Source of the DNA: Selaginella moellendorffii
Taxonomy: Eukaryota; Plantae; Lycopodiophyta
Length of the DNA stretch: 64,000 nt
Assembly: GCF_000143415.4 (NCBI RefSeq)
Contig: NW_003314305.1
Span: forward strand, 433,709 to 497,708
Direction: 5' to 3'
Below, piece by piece: positions 23,927-36,836 of this stretch (position 1 is its first letter; each line of letters begins with the position of its first letter). A program made the translations under genes and the position numbers. Under the pieces are notes generated by a model. The model saw only the letters and a list, made by a program, of their open reading frames with translations. It made no database searches and was not told the DNA's origin.

Positions 23927-25488
23927 CTAGATTGATCCGCTGTTACGTTGCTCTTGCGGCTTCTCTTCGTCGTGTAGCAGTGGGCGGTGTAGCAAAGAGC
24001 CCTCCTCCATTTTGCTTGGATCACTCTCACCGATGTCACTCTGCCGACGCTGCAATCGCGTGACGTGCTCCTGTTGCTGTTCTTGGCCCCAGGTCACCAT
24101 GTATAGTCCACAAATGATGAGGATCGCGCCGAGCAAACTGCGCAAGTTGCAAGTTTTCGAGTCAGTGACAAATTCTTCAAACCAGACGTAGGCCGCTGGC
24201 ATTGACAACTCACCTCCCCAAGTAAAAGGGCTCGCCCAGGAAAACCAGCGCTACGAATCCCACCACTACTGTCTGGAGGGGCTGATACGCCGACACTATG
24301 ACGGGCCCGGCCTGTTGCATACACCACGCTTGAGCGGAGAAAACTAGCCCCGATGCCACAAATCCCTGGAAAGAATAGTTTCTGTAAGCTCGATTCCGCT
24401 ACATGATCGAGAAAGGTATAAAGTTACCGCGTAAAGAACACTCGTGAGCTGAATTCCTGGGGTGATCTTCCAGATCGAGAGCGATGGCTGGCTTGCCACC
24501 GCGAAGACCGAGAGTTGAATCGCTCCAAAGAAATTGGTGAAACATACTGTCGAGTATCTGGCTGGATACATTCTGAGCGTCCTGGCCTGGGAGAAGAAAT
24601 AAAATAAGCATTGATAAACAGGTGTAGGAATGAGCTCGTACCTGTAGTACGTAGAACACGCCGAATGCCAGGCAGCTGATGAGAAGGTAAAGCGATCCCA
24701 GTCGCCAGACACTCAAGGTGAGAATCGGTGTTGCTTGGATCGATTTCGCTGCTTCTGTGCTGGCAGCGCTATGGTGAAGATGGTTGAAAAGAAGAGGGCC
24801 TTTGTAAGCAGTCATCAAGGTAGCTCCAGCTCCTGCACAGATTGCGCCGAAGAGCTTGGCCTGACCATCTCTTCGCGATAGATTGACGTCTTCAACGCTG
24901 GAAGAAGCGAGATGTTCAAGCAAAGAAAAAAAAAGAAAAGAATAGATTGGATCAATCATCTTTAGTTGCTTACCCGGAGATCGCTGCCATAGCGAAGGTA
25001 ACAGCTGGGATGGAATTTTGGAACGCGGAAGCAAACGTGGGAGTTGTGTCGGCGAGTCCATAAAGGAACAATCCCTGGCCAAGAGCAACGCTGTCATACC
25101 ACACATAAGAGAGAGGATGGATCCAATCCAACAACAATATTTCGATCAAGCAAGATCGAGCTTACGCTGTGATTCCCAGGAAGAAGAAATGGATCAAATG
25201 CGTGAATCGGAGCTGCGGCCTCTCCTTCCTGTCAAAAATCGCGAAATCGTACGAATTTGACCCTGGCAGGAGTGAAATTTACCTCTCCAAGAAGGCGGCA
25301 ACAGGGAGGATCACCGCAAATCCGATGACATTCCGATAGACCGGATAGGTCGTCTTGTTCAATCCTTGCTCGAAGGCGATCTTCGTGAGGAGCTGGAATC
25401 CTGCGTAGCCGACCTGGACGAGCGCAAGGATGAAGTGGATTCTAAGCTTTCCGAGAAGGCCTAGATTGAGGATTGGATAGTGCGCCAT
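23927..25488 (-). CDS. WAT1-related / UMAMIT (MtN21, EamA) transporter, multi-exon
   Basis: Motifs YPVYRNVIGFAVILPVAAFLER, DGQAKLFGAICAGAGATLMTAYKGP, YPARYS and GAILIICGLYMVTWG. Confidence 0.92.
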
Positions 25489-25684
25489 TGGGATGGATCG
25501 ATCGATCGATCGATCGAGCGGCTATCGCGGGGGCGGTGACCTGTCCCTTTGATCCTCTCCGAGAAGAATTGGAACTCTTTTGAATGTTAAGGGTTTAGAG
25601 GACGGTCTTATCGCAGCCGTTCACGTTTAAACGGTCCGATCTTGCTACGTATGCGTCCTTATATCACAGCCGTCAGTTTGGTGG

Positions 25685-27904
25685 ATGGTGCGACGTGGCG
25701 CCACCACATTGCTCCGTAAGATTAGGTCTTCGTGCTCGCAGGAAATTTCCCGAGAGCGTGGAGCTGGAGCTGCTGCTCGCGATCGATCGATCGCGGAGGA
25801 TTTTGCTCGCGAGCTAAGGAATGCGCGATGCCTCGCGGCGGTGGAGGAGCTGCATTGTCGGATGATCGCGCAGGGGCTGGATGCCGACACCTATCTCGGG
25901 AACAATCTGGTAAGGGTTTATGGGAAATTCGGGGGACTGGATCGAGCCTGGGCAGCGTTCGATCGCATTGCTGCGAAGAATGTGTTCTCCTGGACGATCG
26001 TAATCTCGGCATTTGCCCAGAATGGGCATCACAGGGAGGCTCTGGTGCTGTTCCGGCAGATGGAACGCGAGGGTGTCAAGGCGAACGAGGTGACTCTCGC
26101 GGCTGTGCTGGGGATTTGCTCCAGCATCAAGGATTTAGCTGGAGGGAGATCCATCCATGGCCGAGTGATCGCTGCCAAGAAAGACGTGGTGATTGGCAAT
26201 GCTCTTGTCAACATGTATAGCAAGTGTGGATCTCTCCGCGAGGCAAGAGCTTCCTTCCAAGAGATGGTGGTCAGAGACGTGGTTTCCTGGACGACGATGA
26301 TCACAGCTCTCTCGGAGCACGGAGAGTGGAACGAGGCAGTGGAGATCTTCTGGGAAATGGTCTCGGAAAATGTGGCTCCAAACGAGATCAGCTGCTTGGC
26401 GGTGTTGGGAGCTTGCTCGAACTTGGGCGATCGCAGCCAAGTCCGGGTGATCCACGAGTTTATTGCCAGTGGTGGCTTGGAGCTCGACAAGAAGCTGGTG
26501 GTGGCGAATACTTTGATCCACACTTATGGAAGATGTGGGAGCCCGAGCGATGCTAGGCGAGTTTTTGATTCTCTGCAACACTCGGCTAGGAATGCCGTGT
26601 CCTGGGCTTCGATGATAGCAGCTTACACGAGCAACGAGCAGGCCAAGGCAGGGGTGGAGCTCTACCAGGAGATGATCCAGCGGGAAGAGAGCAAGAAAAT
26701 GGATCCCGTCGCCTATCTCTGCGTCCTGGAAGCTTGCTCCAGCTTGAGCGCTCTCAAAGTCGGGCGTCAGGTCCACGAAGAGATTGTAGCTGCTGGTTTT
26801 GGAGACGAACTTCCACTCGCTGGTGCGATCGTCAACATGTACTGCAAATGTGGGAGCTTGGTCGAGGCAAGGGAAGTCTTCGACGGGATGAAAGCCAGGA
26901 ATATGATAGCGTGGAACTCGATGATGGGGGGATACACGCAGCACGGTCATCCGAAGCGAGCGCTCCAGCTCTTTGAACTTGCGTGCCTTGACGGGGTTCT
27001 TCCGGACGAGATCACCTTTGTGACGATTCTTACGGCATGCAGCCATGCAGGGATGGTAAAGCCAGGCGTTTGGCACTTCGGTTCCATCCGGGCAGATTTT
27101 GGGATGGAGCCGAGTGTGGATCACTACGTCTGCATGGTGGATATGTTGGGACGAGCAGGCTGGTTAGATGCGGCTGAAAGATTGGTAGAGCGCATGCCAG
27201 CGTTCTCAAATCCAGCCGACGAGTTTGTACCGTGGATGGCTTTGCTGGCTTCTTGCAAAGTTCATACAGACGTGAAGAGGGCAGCAAGAATTTCTTCCGT
27301 TCTGTCAGCGAAGAAGAAGAAGCTCTTGAGCAGCAGCAGCAGCGGCAGTGGCTCCTGGCACCTCAAGAACTCGGCCGCTCCACTGGTGATGCTCTCGAAC
27401 ATATACGCTCAAGCGAAGAAGTGGGAGGAGATGACAGGAGTGAGGAACGAGATTACGGAGGAATGGTCCAAGGGGATGATCACGTCGAGGCAAAGGGGTT
27501 GTAGCTTCATCGAAGTGGAAGGCGCGATTCACGAGTTCGTCGCCGGGAAACTCCACCTCCATCCAGAGCACAAGGGGATCGACAGCGAGATGAAAAGGCT
27601 CGAGGAGCTTATCAAGAGCGCTGGCTACGTCCCCGACACAAGTGTGGTAATGCACGATGTTGAGGAGGCTGAGAAGGAAGGCGTCCTCCATCAACACAGT
27701 GAGAGAATGGCCATAGCTTTCGGTTTGATGCGCGGTGGCAGTGACACCATCGTTCGAGTCGTGAACAACCTCCGGATTTGCTCCGACTGCCATGCCGCTG
27801 TCAAGCTCATCTCCAAGACCGTGGGACGGGAGATCCTCGTTCGAGACACTCGTCGGTTCCATCACTTTGCAAGTGGAGAGTGCTCCTGTCAAGACTACTG
27901 GTAG
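25685..27904 (+). CDS. PLS-class pentatricopeptide repeat protein with E/E+ and DYW domains (organellar C-to-U editing factor)
   Basis: P-L-S repeats (NMYSKCGSL..A, VVSWTTMI), HSERMAIAFGL, LRICSDCH and terminal CSCQDYW. Confidence 0.95.
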   Translation: MVRRGATTLLRKIRSSCSQEISRERGAGAAARDRSIAEDFARELRNARCLAAVEELHCRMIAQGLDADTYLGNNLVRVYGKFGGLDRAWAAFDRIAAKNVFSWTIVISAFAQNGHHREALVLFRQMEREGVKANEVTLAAVLGICSSIKDLAGGRSIHGRVIAAKKDVVIGNALVNMYSKCGSLREARASFQEMVVRDVVSWTTMITALSEHGEWNEAVEIFWEMVSENVAPNEISCLAVLGACSNLGDRSQVRVIHEFIASGGLELDKKLVVANTLIHTYGRCGSPSDARRVFDSLQHSARNAVSWASMIAAYTSNEQAKAGVELYQEMIQREESKKMDPVAYLCVLEACSSLSALKVGRQVHEEIVAAGFGDELPLAGAIVNMYCKCGSLVEAREVFDGMKARNMIAWNSMMGGYTQHGHPKRALQLFELACLDGVLPDEITFVTILTACSHAGMVKPGVWHFGSIRADFGMEPSVDHYVCMVDMLGRAGWLDAAERLVERMPAFSNPADEFVPWMALLASCKVHTDVKRAARISSVLSAKKKKLLSSSSSGSGSWHLKNSAAPLVMLSNIYAQAKKWEEMTGVRNEITEEWSKGMITSRQRGCSFIEVEGAIHEFVAGKLHLHPEHKGIDSEMKRLEELIKSAGYVPDTSVVMHDVEEAEKEGVLHQHSERMAIAFGLMRGGSDTIVRVVNNLRICSDCHAAVKLISKTVGREILVRDTRRFHHFASGECSCQDYW

Positions 27905-28440
27905 CAGCACAGCCGACTCGATCGAGTTCTCGGAGAAGAATGGTCTCCACGAAAAGATCAAGGAAGTGAGATGGGCTCCATCTCTAGCAGGAGCTCCAAG
28001 GTGGTGAAGCTATGGAGGAGAGGACCACTCAAGCTCGATCAAGCGGGGTGCCCGAGATTTCCAGGCTGGAGGAAGTGGTACCGCATTCTATGCGTCGGGG
28101 ACCTACCATTGGCTGGTAGTCGCTCGTTTTACGATAGTGATGGGCCGCCTCACCTCACCAACGTGGTCGCCAAGCATCTTCTTCAAGCTACGAGGTACTT
28201 ATATCTCTTCTTTTTTTCCTTTTCTTACGCTAAAGCTAATCTCCTCCAGGAATGGTCCGTAAAGCTCGCCTCTTCGGACAATCCCCTTGTCCAAATTGAT
28301 TGGGTCGGCTCTCCAGATCCATTGGCGCTGCATGGTTGATCGCTCGGATCCAACTCCAGGTGGGTTTGTAGCTAGGATCTGTGCCTGCATTCTCGGTTTT
28401 TCGCATCCACTCTCGGCCGAGCTGACCCTCGTGCTCCAGA

Positions 28441-31400
28441 ATGGTGTCCGAGGAGCACGAGCGGCTTGTTCGCCCAGCCTTGCAGCAAATTTCAAAGTCT
28501 CTCAAGAGCCATGTTGAGCCTGCGACTCCACGGTCCGTCACGAGCACCAGAGCTGTGAGGTAAGCTTAGATCTGAGCTCTTCTTGGTGGAGTCTTGTCCA
28601 CATTGATGGTTTTTCTTTGTTTTCCTTCCAGGGACTCGGCTATGGAGGACCCGGACGGTGTCCTGGCCAGTGTAGCACTGTGCATCGAGCAGCTGAGAGG
28701 AGCAAGCTTCAGCCCCCAGGAGAAAGAGAATGCCTCCAAGCAGCTTTTGGTGCTCGTGGAGGAGCGAGATCAAAATGCCAAGAAGGCGATCACATCTCAC
28801 ACGCAAGCGATACCACTGCTGGTGAATTTGCTGAGAACAGGTACCACCAGTTCCAAGATCAATGTAGCGGCGGTCATGGCCCTTCTTTGCAAGGAGGAGG
28901 AGCTGAGAATGAAAGTTCTTCTGGGGGGATGCGTTCCGCCTTTGCTCGCGCTGCTCAAGGTTGGATCCACAGTCGCTCACAGTGCTGCAGCAAAAGCGAT
29001 TTTTGCCGTGACCACCACTGTCGACCACGTTGGGGCCAAGATTTTTTCCACCGAGGGTGTGGTTCCAAGCCTGTGGGAGCAATTCCAACCGGGCAACAAG
29101 CTCGAAACTAGCGTGCTGGGGCTCTTGACCGGAGCTCTTCGCAACCTTTGCAACAAGAACAACGTCGTAGAGGGGTTCTGGTCGGCAACTCTAGACGCCG
29201 GGGGGATCCAGGTTCTAGCAGCTCTTCTCGGGAGTGGAAACTCGGACGCACAGGCCAATGCAGCTTCCATCCTGGCCAGCTTGATGGACGCTGTAGAAAC
29301 AAGCGGACCCAAAGTTTTCTCCACGACTGGAGCTCTCGATCAGCTGTTTAAGTTGCTTGAGAATGGACACGAGACGGGAGTGAGAGCCGAGGCCGCCGGA
29401 GCTCTTCGTGCTCTCACGCAGCACTCACCGGAAGCTCGTCAGTATATCACAAAGACAAATGGTGGCGGGATGATACGAGAATTGATCGCGGCCGTGGTAG
29501 CTCCTTCCAAGGAGTTCATGCAAGGAGTTTTCGCCCAGCAGCTTCAGGAGAATGCGATGGGATCGCTGGCCAACGTTCTCGGAGGAATGACGACGGTGGT
29601 CGGGCGTTTAGCCGAGGAGCTCAACCAGCAGCAACAAGTTGGAGCGGTCAGTGCAGACACAGTCGGCGCTCTAGCGTACGCTCTCATGGTCATCGACTCT
29701 TCCTCGGCAGAGAAGGATTCTTCCGGCTGTGTCGTCAATCCGAGCTCTCTGGAGAGGCTTCTGGTGAAGCTGATGGAGCATCAAGATGTTGATGAACTAC
29801 TCAAGGAGCACGTCATCGAGGCACTGGCGAGTTTGTACAGCAACACGTACTTGGCGTCCAATCTCGAGCATGCCGAGGCGAAGAAGATGCTTGTCGGCTT
29901 AGCGACGTTGGCCGATCCATGGATCCGAGTGGAGCTTATACGAGCGCTCAGCAGCATTTGCAGTGGGAAGGCCGGACTTTGGGAGTCTATCCGCGGTCGG
30001 GATGGTGTCCAGTTCATGATATCCTTGCTTGGAGTTTCTTCCGAGCAGCAGCAAGAGTACGCAGTGGCGCTGCTTTCCATTCTCTCGAGACAAATCGATG
30101 AAAGTAACTGGGCCATCACAGCCTCTGGAGGAATTCCACCGCTCGTCCAGCTTCTCGAAACAGGCTCTCCAAAGGCGAAAGAAGACTCGGCAATTGTTCT
30201 CGGCAATCTTTGCTCTCACAGCGAAGATATCCGTGCCTGTGTTGAGACTGCCGAAGCGGAGGCAGCACTTTTGTGGCTGCTCAAGAACGCTAGCCCCGAA
30301 GGACAAGAGATCGCTGCTCGTGCCATAACTAAGCTTGTGAGACGACCGGACGCTGATACTTTGAGCCAGCTTACGGCCATGCTCGTCGGGGACTTACCAT
30401 CTTCGAAGCAGCACGTACTGGAAGTTACGAGCTGCTTGCTCGCTGTAGTTGCGGAGCAAGACATGGGCAAGGAAGGAGCTGCTGGCTACGAGGCCTTCGA
30501 CACGCTCATGACTTTACTCGAGTCTCCAAGCAGCAAGGAGACGCAAGAAAAGGCTGCCTCGGTGATAGCCAGGGTCTTTGCTCTTCGCCAGGACATGCAT
30601 CACAGTCCTCTTGTCCAAAAGGCCGTCGGACCTCTAAACAAGCTCGTCAGGAACATCAACGAGGAGGAGCCAGGGACGATCAGCGTTGCTGCTCAGGCGG
30701 CGCTAGCTCTGGCTGCCTTGTTTTCTTCTATCCGAGAGCATGGCTACGTGAAAGACGCTGCCGTGGACGCTATAACACCGCTGGTTGCTCTGGCCAAGGT
30801 GACGAGCTTAGCTCCCGCTGAAGCAGCAGTGAAAGCACTCGCGTTTCTCTTGGTGGACGAGGAGGTTGCCTTGGACGTGCCGCTTGGAGACTTGATAGAT
30901 CCTTTCACTCGGATTCTACGAGAAGGCAGTGAGGCTGGAAGAGACGATGCTGCTGCGGCACTGGCTCGGCTCTTTGCGGTGCATTCCATCGACGACAAGC
31001 TTGCGGAGAGTATTAGTTTCTGCGGCACCATGGTGGCTCTAGCGGACCTCTTAACTGGAGTGAGCTTCGATCAAGTGGAGACGATCCAAGCTCTCGACGC
31101 GCTCTCGGCGGTGGCAAGGTCCAAGACGAATGCATCTTATAGCCGTCAACTTCTGGGTGTGATCGAGAGCCTGGGCCCGCTGGTTACGTGCGCTGCAATC
31201 GGATCACCCGTCCTTTGCGAGAAAGTTATTGAGGTGCTGGCGAGACTTTGCCAGGACAAAGCTGCGATCTTGGGAGGCTTGATCGCAAACACTGACAAGT
31301 GCATAGCTTCTCTAGCGGACCGGATCATCAGATCGAGCAACGTTGAAGTTAAGATTGGTGGAACGGCTCTTCTCATATGTGCCGCGAAGGAACACGGTCA

Positions 31401-34400
31401 GAAAGCCATGGATGCTCTTGCCGAGTCGGGATGCGCTTCACTGCTGATCCAGACTCTAGTCGGCATGCTTCAAGGGAGCTCCGGAGATGGTGATTTTGAA
31501 ACAGCCTCTCCCGGAGGCTTGGGAGCTACGACTGTTGCTCTCTGGCTTCTCTCCGTGATCGCTACTCACGACAGCGGCAGCAAAGTTGCCATCATGGAGG
31601 CTGGAGCGATTGATGTTCTTGCGGAGAAGCTCGCCATCTTTGCTCCAAACGCTCGACAGGTATGTTTTAAACTTAGTTCCAGTTTTCTCACTGATGCTAC
31701 TTCCATGCAGGCAAAGGTCGAGGAATCTGGAAATAACTGGATCAGTGCCTTGCTCCTCGCGATCCTTTTTCTCGACCGGGACGTCTCCCGTGCCCCGGCA
31801 ACGTCTCGAGCTATTCCAGCGCTGTCGCTGCTGCTCAAGTCGGAGGACACCATGGACAGATATTTCTCAGCGCAAGCACTGGCAAGCCTCGTCTGCCACG
31901 GGAGTCGTGGAACTCTACTCGCTGTAGCCAACTCTGGAGCAGTCCCGGGATTGATTTCTCTTCTCGGCAGTGCAGAAGTGGAGGCAGGAAATCTGGTGAC
32001 ACTTTCGGAGGAGTTTTTGCTGGTTTCCAGTCCCGACCAGGTTGCCTTGGAGAGGCTGTTTAGAGTCGACGATATCAGATACGGTGCTACTGCTCGCAAG
32101 GCTATACCAGCTCTGGTTGAGCTCCTCAAGCCAAATCCAGGCCGTCCTGGTGCGCCACCTTTGGCACTCAGTCTACTTACGCAGATTGCCGAAGCAAACC
32201 ACGTTAACAGGGTGACAATGGCCGAAGCTGGAGCTCTAGAAGCTCTCACAAAGTATCTCTCTCTCGGCCCTCAAGATGCCATAGAAGAAGCTGCTGCCGA
32301 GCTCCTGAGGATTCTTTTCAGCAGTCCCGAGCTTCGACGTCACGACTCGGCTTCAGGTGCAGTAGACCAGCTTGTAGCAGTGTTGAGAATGGGAGCTCGA
32401 GGATCCAGGTACACAGCAGCTCGAGCACTCCAGGGTGTTTTTGGTGCTGAGCAAATACGAGGTGGAGACATAGCGACTCAAGCTATTGTACCGCTGGTTG
32501 AGATGCTGAGTGCCGCTGTGGAGCGAGAGCAGCGAGCGGCAATCGGTGCGCTGATATCTCTAGCGGCAGACAATCCTCACAAGGCGATCGTGATTGGCGA
32601 CGTTGAGCTCAATACTTTAGAGATCTTGAGCAAGATACTGTCGGCCGACACTTCTTCGTCGTCACTTCAGCTTAAAGAGCATGCAGCGGAGCTTTGCTCG
32701 GTCCTTTTTGCAAACGCACGAGTAAGATCCAAGGCTGCTGCCAGTACCTGCATCCTTCCACTGATCGACTTGCTCAGTACCGCCGAGGCCGAGTCCGTGC
32801 AGCACGTCGCTACTCAGGCTCTCGATAATCTCTTGGACGACGAGCAACAGGCCGAGGCAGTAGCAGCATATGGTGCTGTGGTTCCACTCGTGGAGCTCAT
32901 AGTCGGTTCTAGCTTCAAGGTGCACGAGGTGGCAGTGAGTGCTCTGATAAAGCTCGGGAAGGATCGACCACTTTGCAAGCTTGACATGGTAAAAGCCGGA
33001 GTGATCGACAGAGTTCTCGTCAGTATGGGACAGGAGCCTTCGCCGGACTCTTTTTGTGCTCGCGGAGCAGAACTTTTGAGGATTCTGACCAACAACAGCA
33101 GCATTGCAAAGAGCACGTCGGCGGCCAAGGCTGTCGAGCCCCTGTTCACGATGCTGCAGACTCGAGCTGAGATTGGACCTGCAGGCCAGCACAGTGCCGT
33201 CCAGACGCTGGTAAACATCATCGAAAAGCCACAATGCACGGCTTCGCAAACTTTGAGTTGCGGTCTCGCTCTACAGCCGCTGCTGCAGCTTCTCGAGTCG
33301 ACGTCCCAGTCCGTCCAACAAGTAGCAGCGGAGCTCCTCTCGCATTTACTCGTGGAGCCTCGCTTCCAGCAGGATCCAATCACTCAAGCTGCGGTTCCAG
33401 CGCTTGTAAAGTTGGCGGGCAGCAGTGGTGCTCTCAGCGTCCAGCAAAGAGCCGTGAATGCTCTGGAGCTTGCGTCTACCAGCTGGCCGGACGCACTGGT
33501 GGAGTCGGGTGGTATCTCGGAGGTTTCGAAGATCATCTTGCAGACCGATCCTCCGGCTCCGCACGGCCTGTGGGAATGCGCTGCAAAGCTGCTCTCCAAT
33601 GTTTCACAGAACTACTGCCAGGAGCTCACGCCAGCAGTGGTTTCGAAGCTTTTAAGATCCACGTCCGAGGCGACGGTGGCTGTGTCTCTGCACGCCTTGC
33701 TGGTCATGGAGAAAGAGGACGCGTCCACCGCGGAGATCATGGCAGAGAATGGAGCTGTCGAGTCTCTAGTGGAGATTTTGAGGAGCCACCAATGCGAAGA
33801 AGCAGCTGCTCGCCTCCTGGAGTCACTCGTGAACAACGTTACCGTTCGGGGCATGAAAGCAACCAAGCTCGCAGTTTGTCCCTTGTCCGAGTTTCTTCTG
33901 GATCCCCAGACACAGTCGGAGCAGGCAAGACTGCTGGCAGCTCTCGCTCTTGGTGATCTCTTCCAGAACGACACTCTCTGCAAGTCGACTGATGCTGTCT
34001 CGGCATGCCGTGCCTTGGTGAGTTTACTGGAGGGCCAGCACAACGAAGAGATACAAATGGTGGCAATCTGTGCGTTGCAAAACTTGGTGGTGAACAGTCG
34101 TCCAAACAAGCGCGCTGTTGCCGAGGCTGGAGGAGTGCAAGCTCTGCAAGAGCTCGTCGCCACCGCAAGTTCCGATACTGCCGTGCAAGCTGCGGCTCTG
34201 ATCCGGATTCTCTTCTCCAACTATACGATCCAGGAGTTCGCATCCATAGAGGTGATCCAAGCTTTACTCGGTAAGTTTTAAACTTTGTCATCCAGAGCTT
34301 ATGACTTTCTGCCTTATCTTTCAGCGTTACTCGAGAAGGATTTGTGGTCCAGAGAACCGATCAAAGACGAGGTGATCAAAGCCATCAACACGCTCTTCAA

Positions 34401-35168
34401 CCTCTATCCGAAGTTCCGGATCACCGAGATAGCCACCGCCAGCATTCCTCTTTTGATCGGAGCTATGAAGACCGAGTCGGAGGTGGCGCAAGAGGCAGCA
34501 CTGGACACTCTCTTCCTCTTTCGCCAGACATGGTCGGCCAGTCCGGAAGAAGAAGGCCGAGCTCAAGCAAACGCAATGGCGGACGCCATACCCGTGCTCC
34601 AGATGCTCATGAGAACCGGTCCTCAGCGCTTCCACGAGCGCATAGAGCTTCTCCTGCAGTGCTTACCCGGGAACTTGCTGGTTAACATCAAGCGTGGAAA
34701 CAACTTGCGGCAGTCCATGGGTGGAACCAACGCGTTTTGCAAGATTACGCTGGGAAGTGGACCTCCTCGACAGACACGAGTAAGTGGTCCTTCGATCCTT
34801 ACTGAAGCTAAAGAAAAATGGTGTTTTGCTTCGCCCGTCACAGGTTGTTTCCAACAACAGTGCTCCGCAATGGGAGCAAGGATTTGCGTGGGCTTTCGAC
34901 ACGCCCCCAAAGGGCCAGAAGCTTCACATATCATGCAAGAACAAGGGAGCCTTTGGAAAGGTAACGAAAGTTCTCTCTTTTGTTTGAGAGAGATATTGAT
35001 GTTCTCGTCCTTTCTCTCGAGCAGGCATCGCTTGGTAAAGTCACCATACAGATCGACCGCGTGGTTTTGCTGGGCAACTTAAGTGGAGAGTATCAACTCA
35101 AGCCCGATAGCAACCGAGATGGAAGTCCGCGCACGCTGGAGATAGAATTCCAATGGTCTAACAGGTGA
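28441..35168 (+). CDS. CSI1: Cellulose synthase-interactive protein (ARM repeats plus C-terminal C2 domain)
   Basis: First exon 28441-28559 (...EPATPRS) splices to [13 protein letters not shown]. Long ARM array. The C2 domain ends [12 protein letters not shown]. Confidence 0.93.
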
Positions 35169-35297
35169 TTCTCAGCGACAGTTCTAGAGGTAAGAAACGA
35201 GGGGAGGCTTGTATACATGTGAATAACCAAGGATTTTTGCAAGTGGAAAGTTTTGACAGTTTTTCTTCAGTGAATAAAGGGCTTGTCTTTCAAAAGC

Positions 35298-36793
35298 TTA
35301 CTTGTAAAACTTGTGGACTTGCTCGATTGGAGCCCGGCAGTGAGGACAGCTTTTGTGCTCTTGTTGGACTTTTTTCGCGCATTCCATGCACATGAGCGCA
35401 TGTCCACAAGGAATCAGCAACGCCCTTGTGCCACAGTTCTCGAAATCCTCCAAACAGTGCGAGCATTCGTCCTGGAAAACGAAAGTAGAAGCACAAGAGA
35501 AGCAAAAGTCTCAGAAGTTTTCACCTTCTTGTCACTGGAAGGAGGAGCGGCAGCGACTGGTGTGTTGGAAGACTCTTTCATTGCTTCTGCAATCTCCTTC
35601 TCGAATTGCATCTGGAGCTGCAAACGCAAGAGAGAAAAAAAACAAAATGATCAACTTAAAGAAGAGAAAGAATGAGACTTACTTCCAGGATTTCCTTGCT
35701 CTCACGCTCGATTAGATCCATCTCCAAGCTATCGTGTTCCTGCCTAAACTTCTCCTCGGCCTCTCTTACCGAGGCTTCAAACTGCTGCTTTTTGTTTTCC
35801 ATGGCCTGGAGCTTCAAGGCGCTGCATTTGTGGAGCCAGCGTTTAGCGAAAGCCGAAAGAGTCGATCGCAAACTTACGTCTCTTGTGCGTTCCTTGATTC
35901 TTTAGCTCGCAGCCGTTGCAAGTATTCGAGATGATCCATCTTCTCCTTCTCAGTCTTGGAGTCCTGGAAATCAAGCTTCTCTCGCAGCATCAAGTTCACC
36001 TTTTCAAACTCAGCTTGCTGCCGTCTCATTCTCCTCTCGAAATCTTCGTCCAGTCGAGAAATCTGAACAAAAGATTGATTAGAAAGGAAAGAAGAACTTG
36101 CAAAAAGAAGAAAGAACTTTACCTCTTGTGCGAAGCGTCGTTGCATTTCTTCCCTTCGAGCTCTATCGGTTTCCAAGCTTTGTGTGGCTTCGTTTAGCGC
36201 GGCTTCGATGGCACTCCTGCTGCTGGCGACGAGTTCTTTCTTCTCCTCGATCTTGAACGATCGCAGCTTCTCCTTGCTCACTTCGTGCTTCATTTTCTGG
36301 GCCGGAGTTGGCGTCGTGCCGTGCATCCTTGAATTTGGCGACAGCACTTCCACCAGAGCTCGATAGTAGCCTCGGTGCCGATTCACAAACTTCTTCCGGT
36401 CCCTGGAAAACCATTGCTCATCATCAGCAAAGAGAAAGGAAGAAACGCAAGGGAAGAACACACACACAAAAAAAAAAAAACGCCAAGACTTCCAAGAAAG
36501 AATCCAAGAACACCGAAAAAGAAGAGCTTTTCTCACCGGATCGTCTCGGCGTGAGCGATGAGCCCTCTCCAGCCAGTGAACTCCGTCCTCGTCGGGCAAA
36601 CAGCGCAGATTCTCTTCGTCGTGTCGCGAAGCAAATTCGGAGCTTCTGGCCCGACGAGCTCCCTCACCTCGCCAATGCAGGCCTCGTACGCTCGCTCTTG
36701 GATCAGCGCGATCTCCTCCTCGTCCATTTCATCGTCGTCGTCGTCCTCCTCCTCCTCTTCCTCCTCTTCATCGGAGCTTCTCGCGCGCTTCAT
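35298..36793 (-). CDS. Protein with acidic N-terminus, SGS3/XS-type-like zinc finger, coiled coil and C-terminal C3HC4 RING finger
   Basis: CAVC...WRGLIAHAET...HRGYYRAL, then E/K/Q-rich coil exons. The last exon 35298-35471 (not in the ORF track) encodes CSHCLEDF...IPCGHALMCMECAK...SCPHCRAPI. Confidence 0.8.
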
Positions 36794-36836
36794 TCGTTTC
36801 TATTCTCCTAGAACCCTAAAATTTGGCATTTTGGAT

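Noticed and set aside
27971-28339. 122-aa ORF between the PPR gene and CSI1
   Set aside because: No identifiable domain; it may be UTR or a decayed fragment.
28492-34291. Many antisense and alternate-frame ORFs over CSI1, the PPR gene and the Pro-rich gene
   Set aside because: They are shadows of GC-rich coding sequence with no recognisable motifs.
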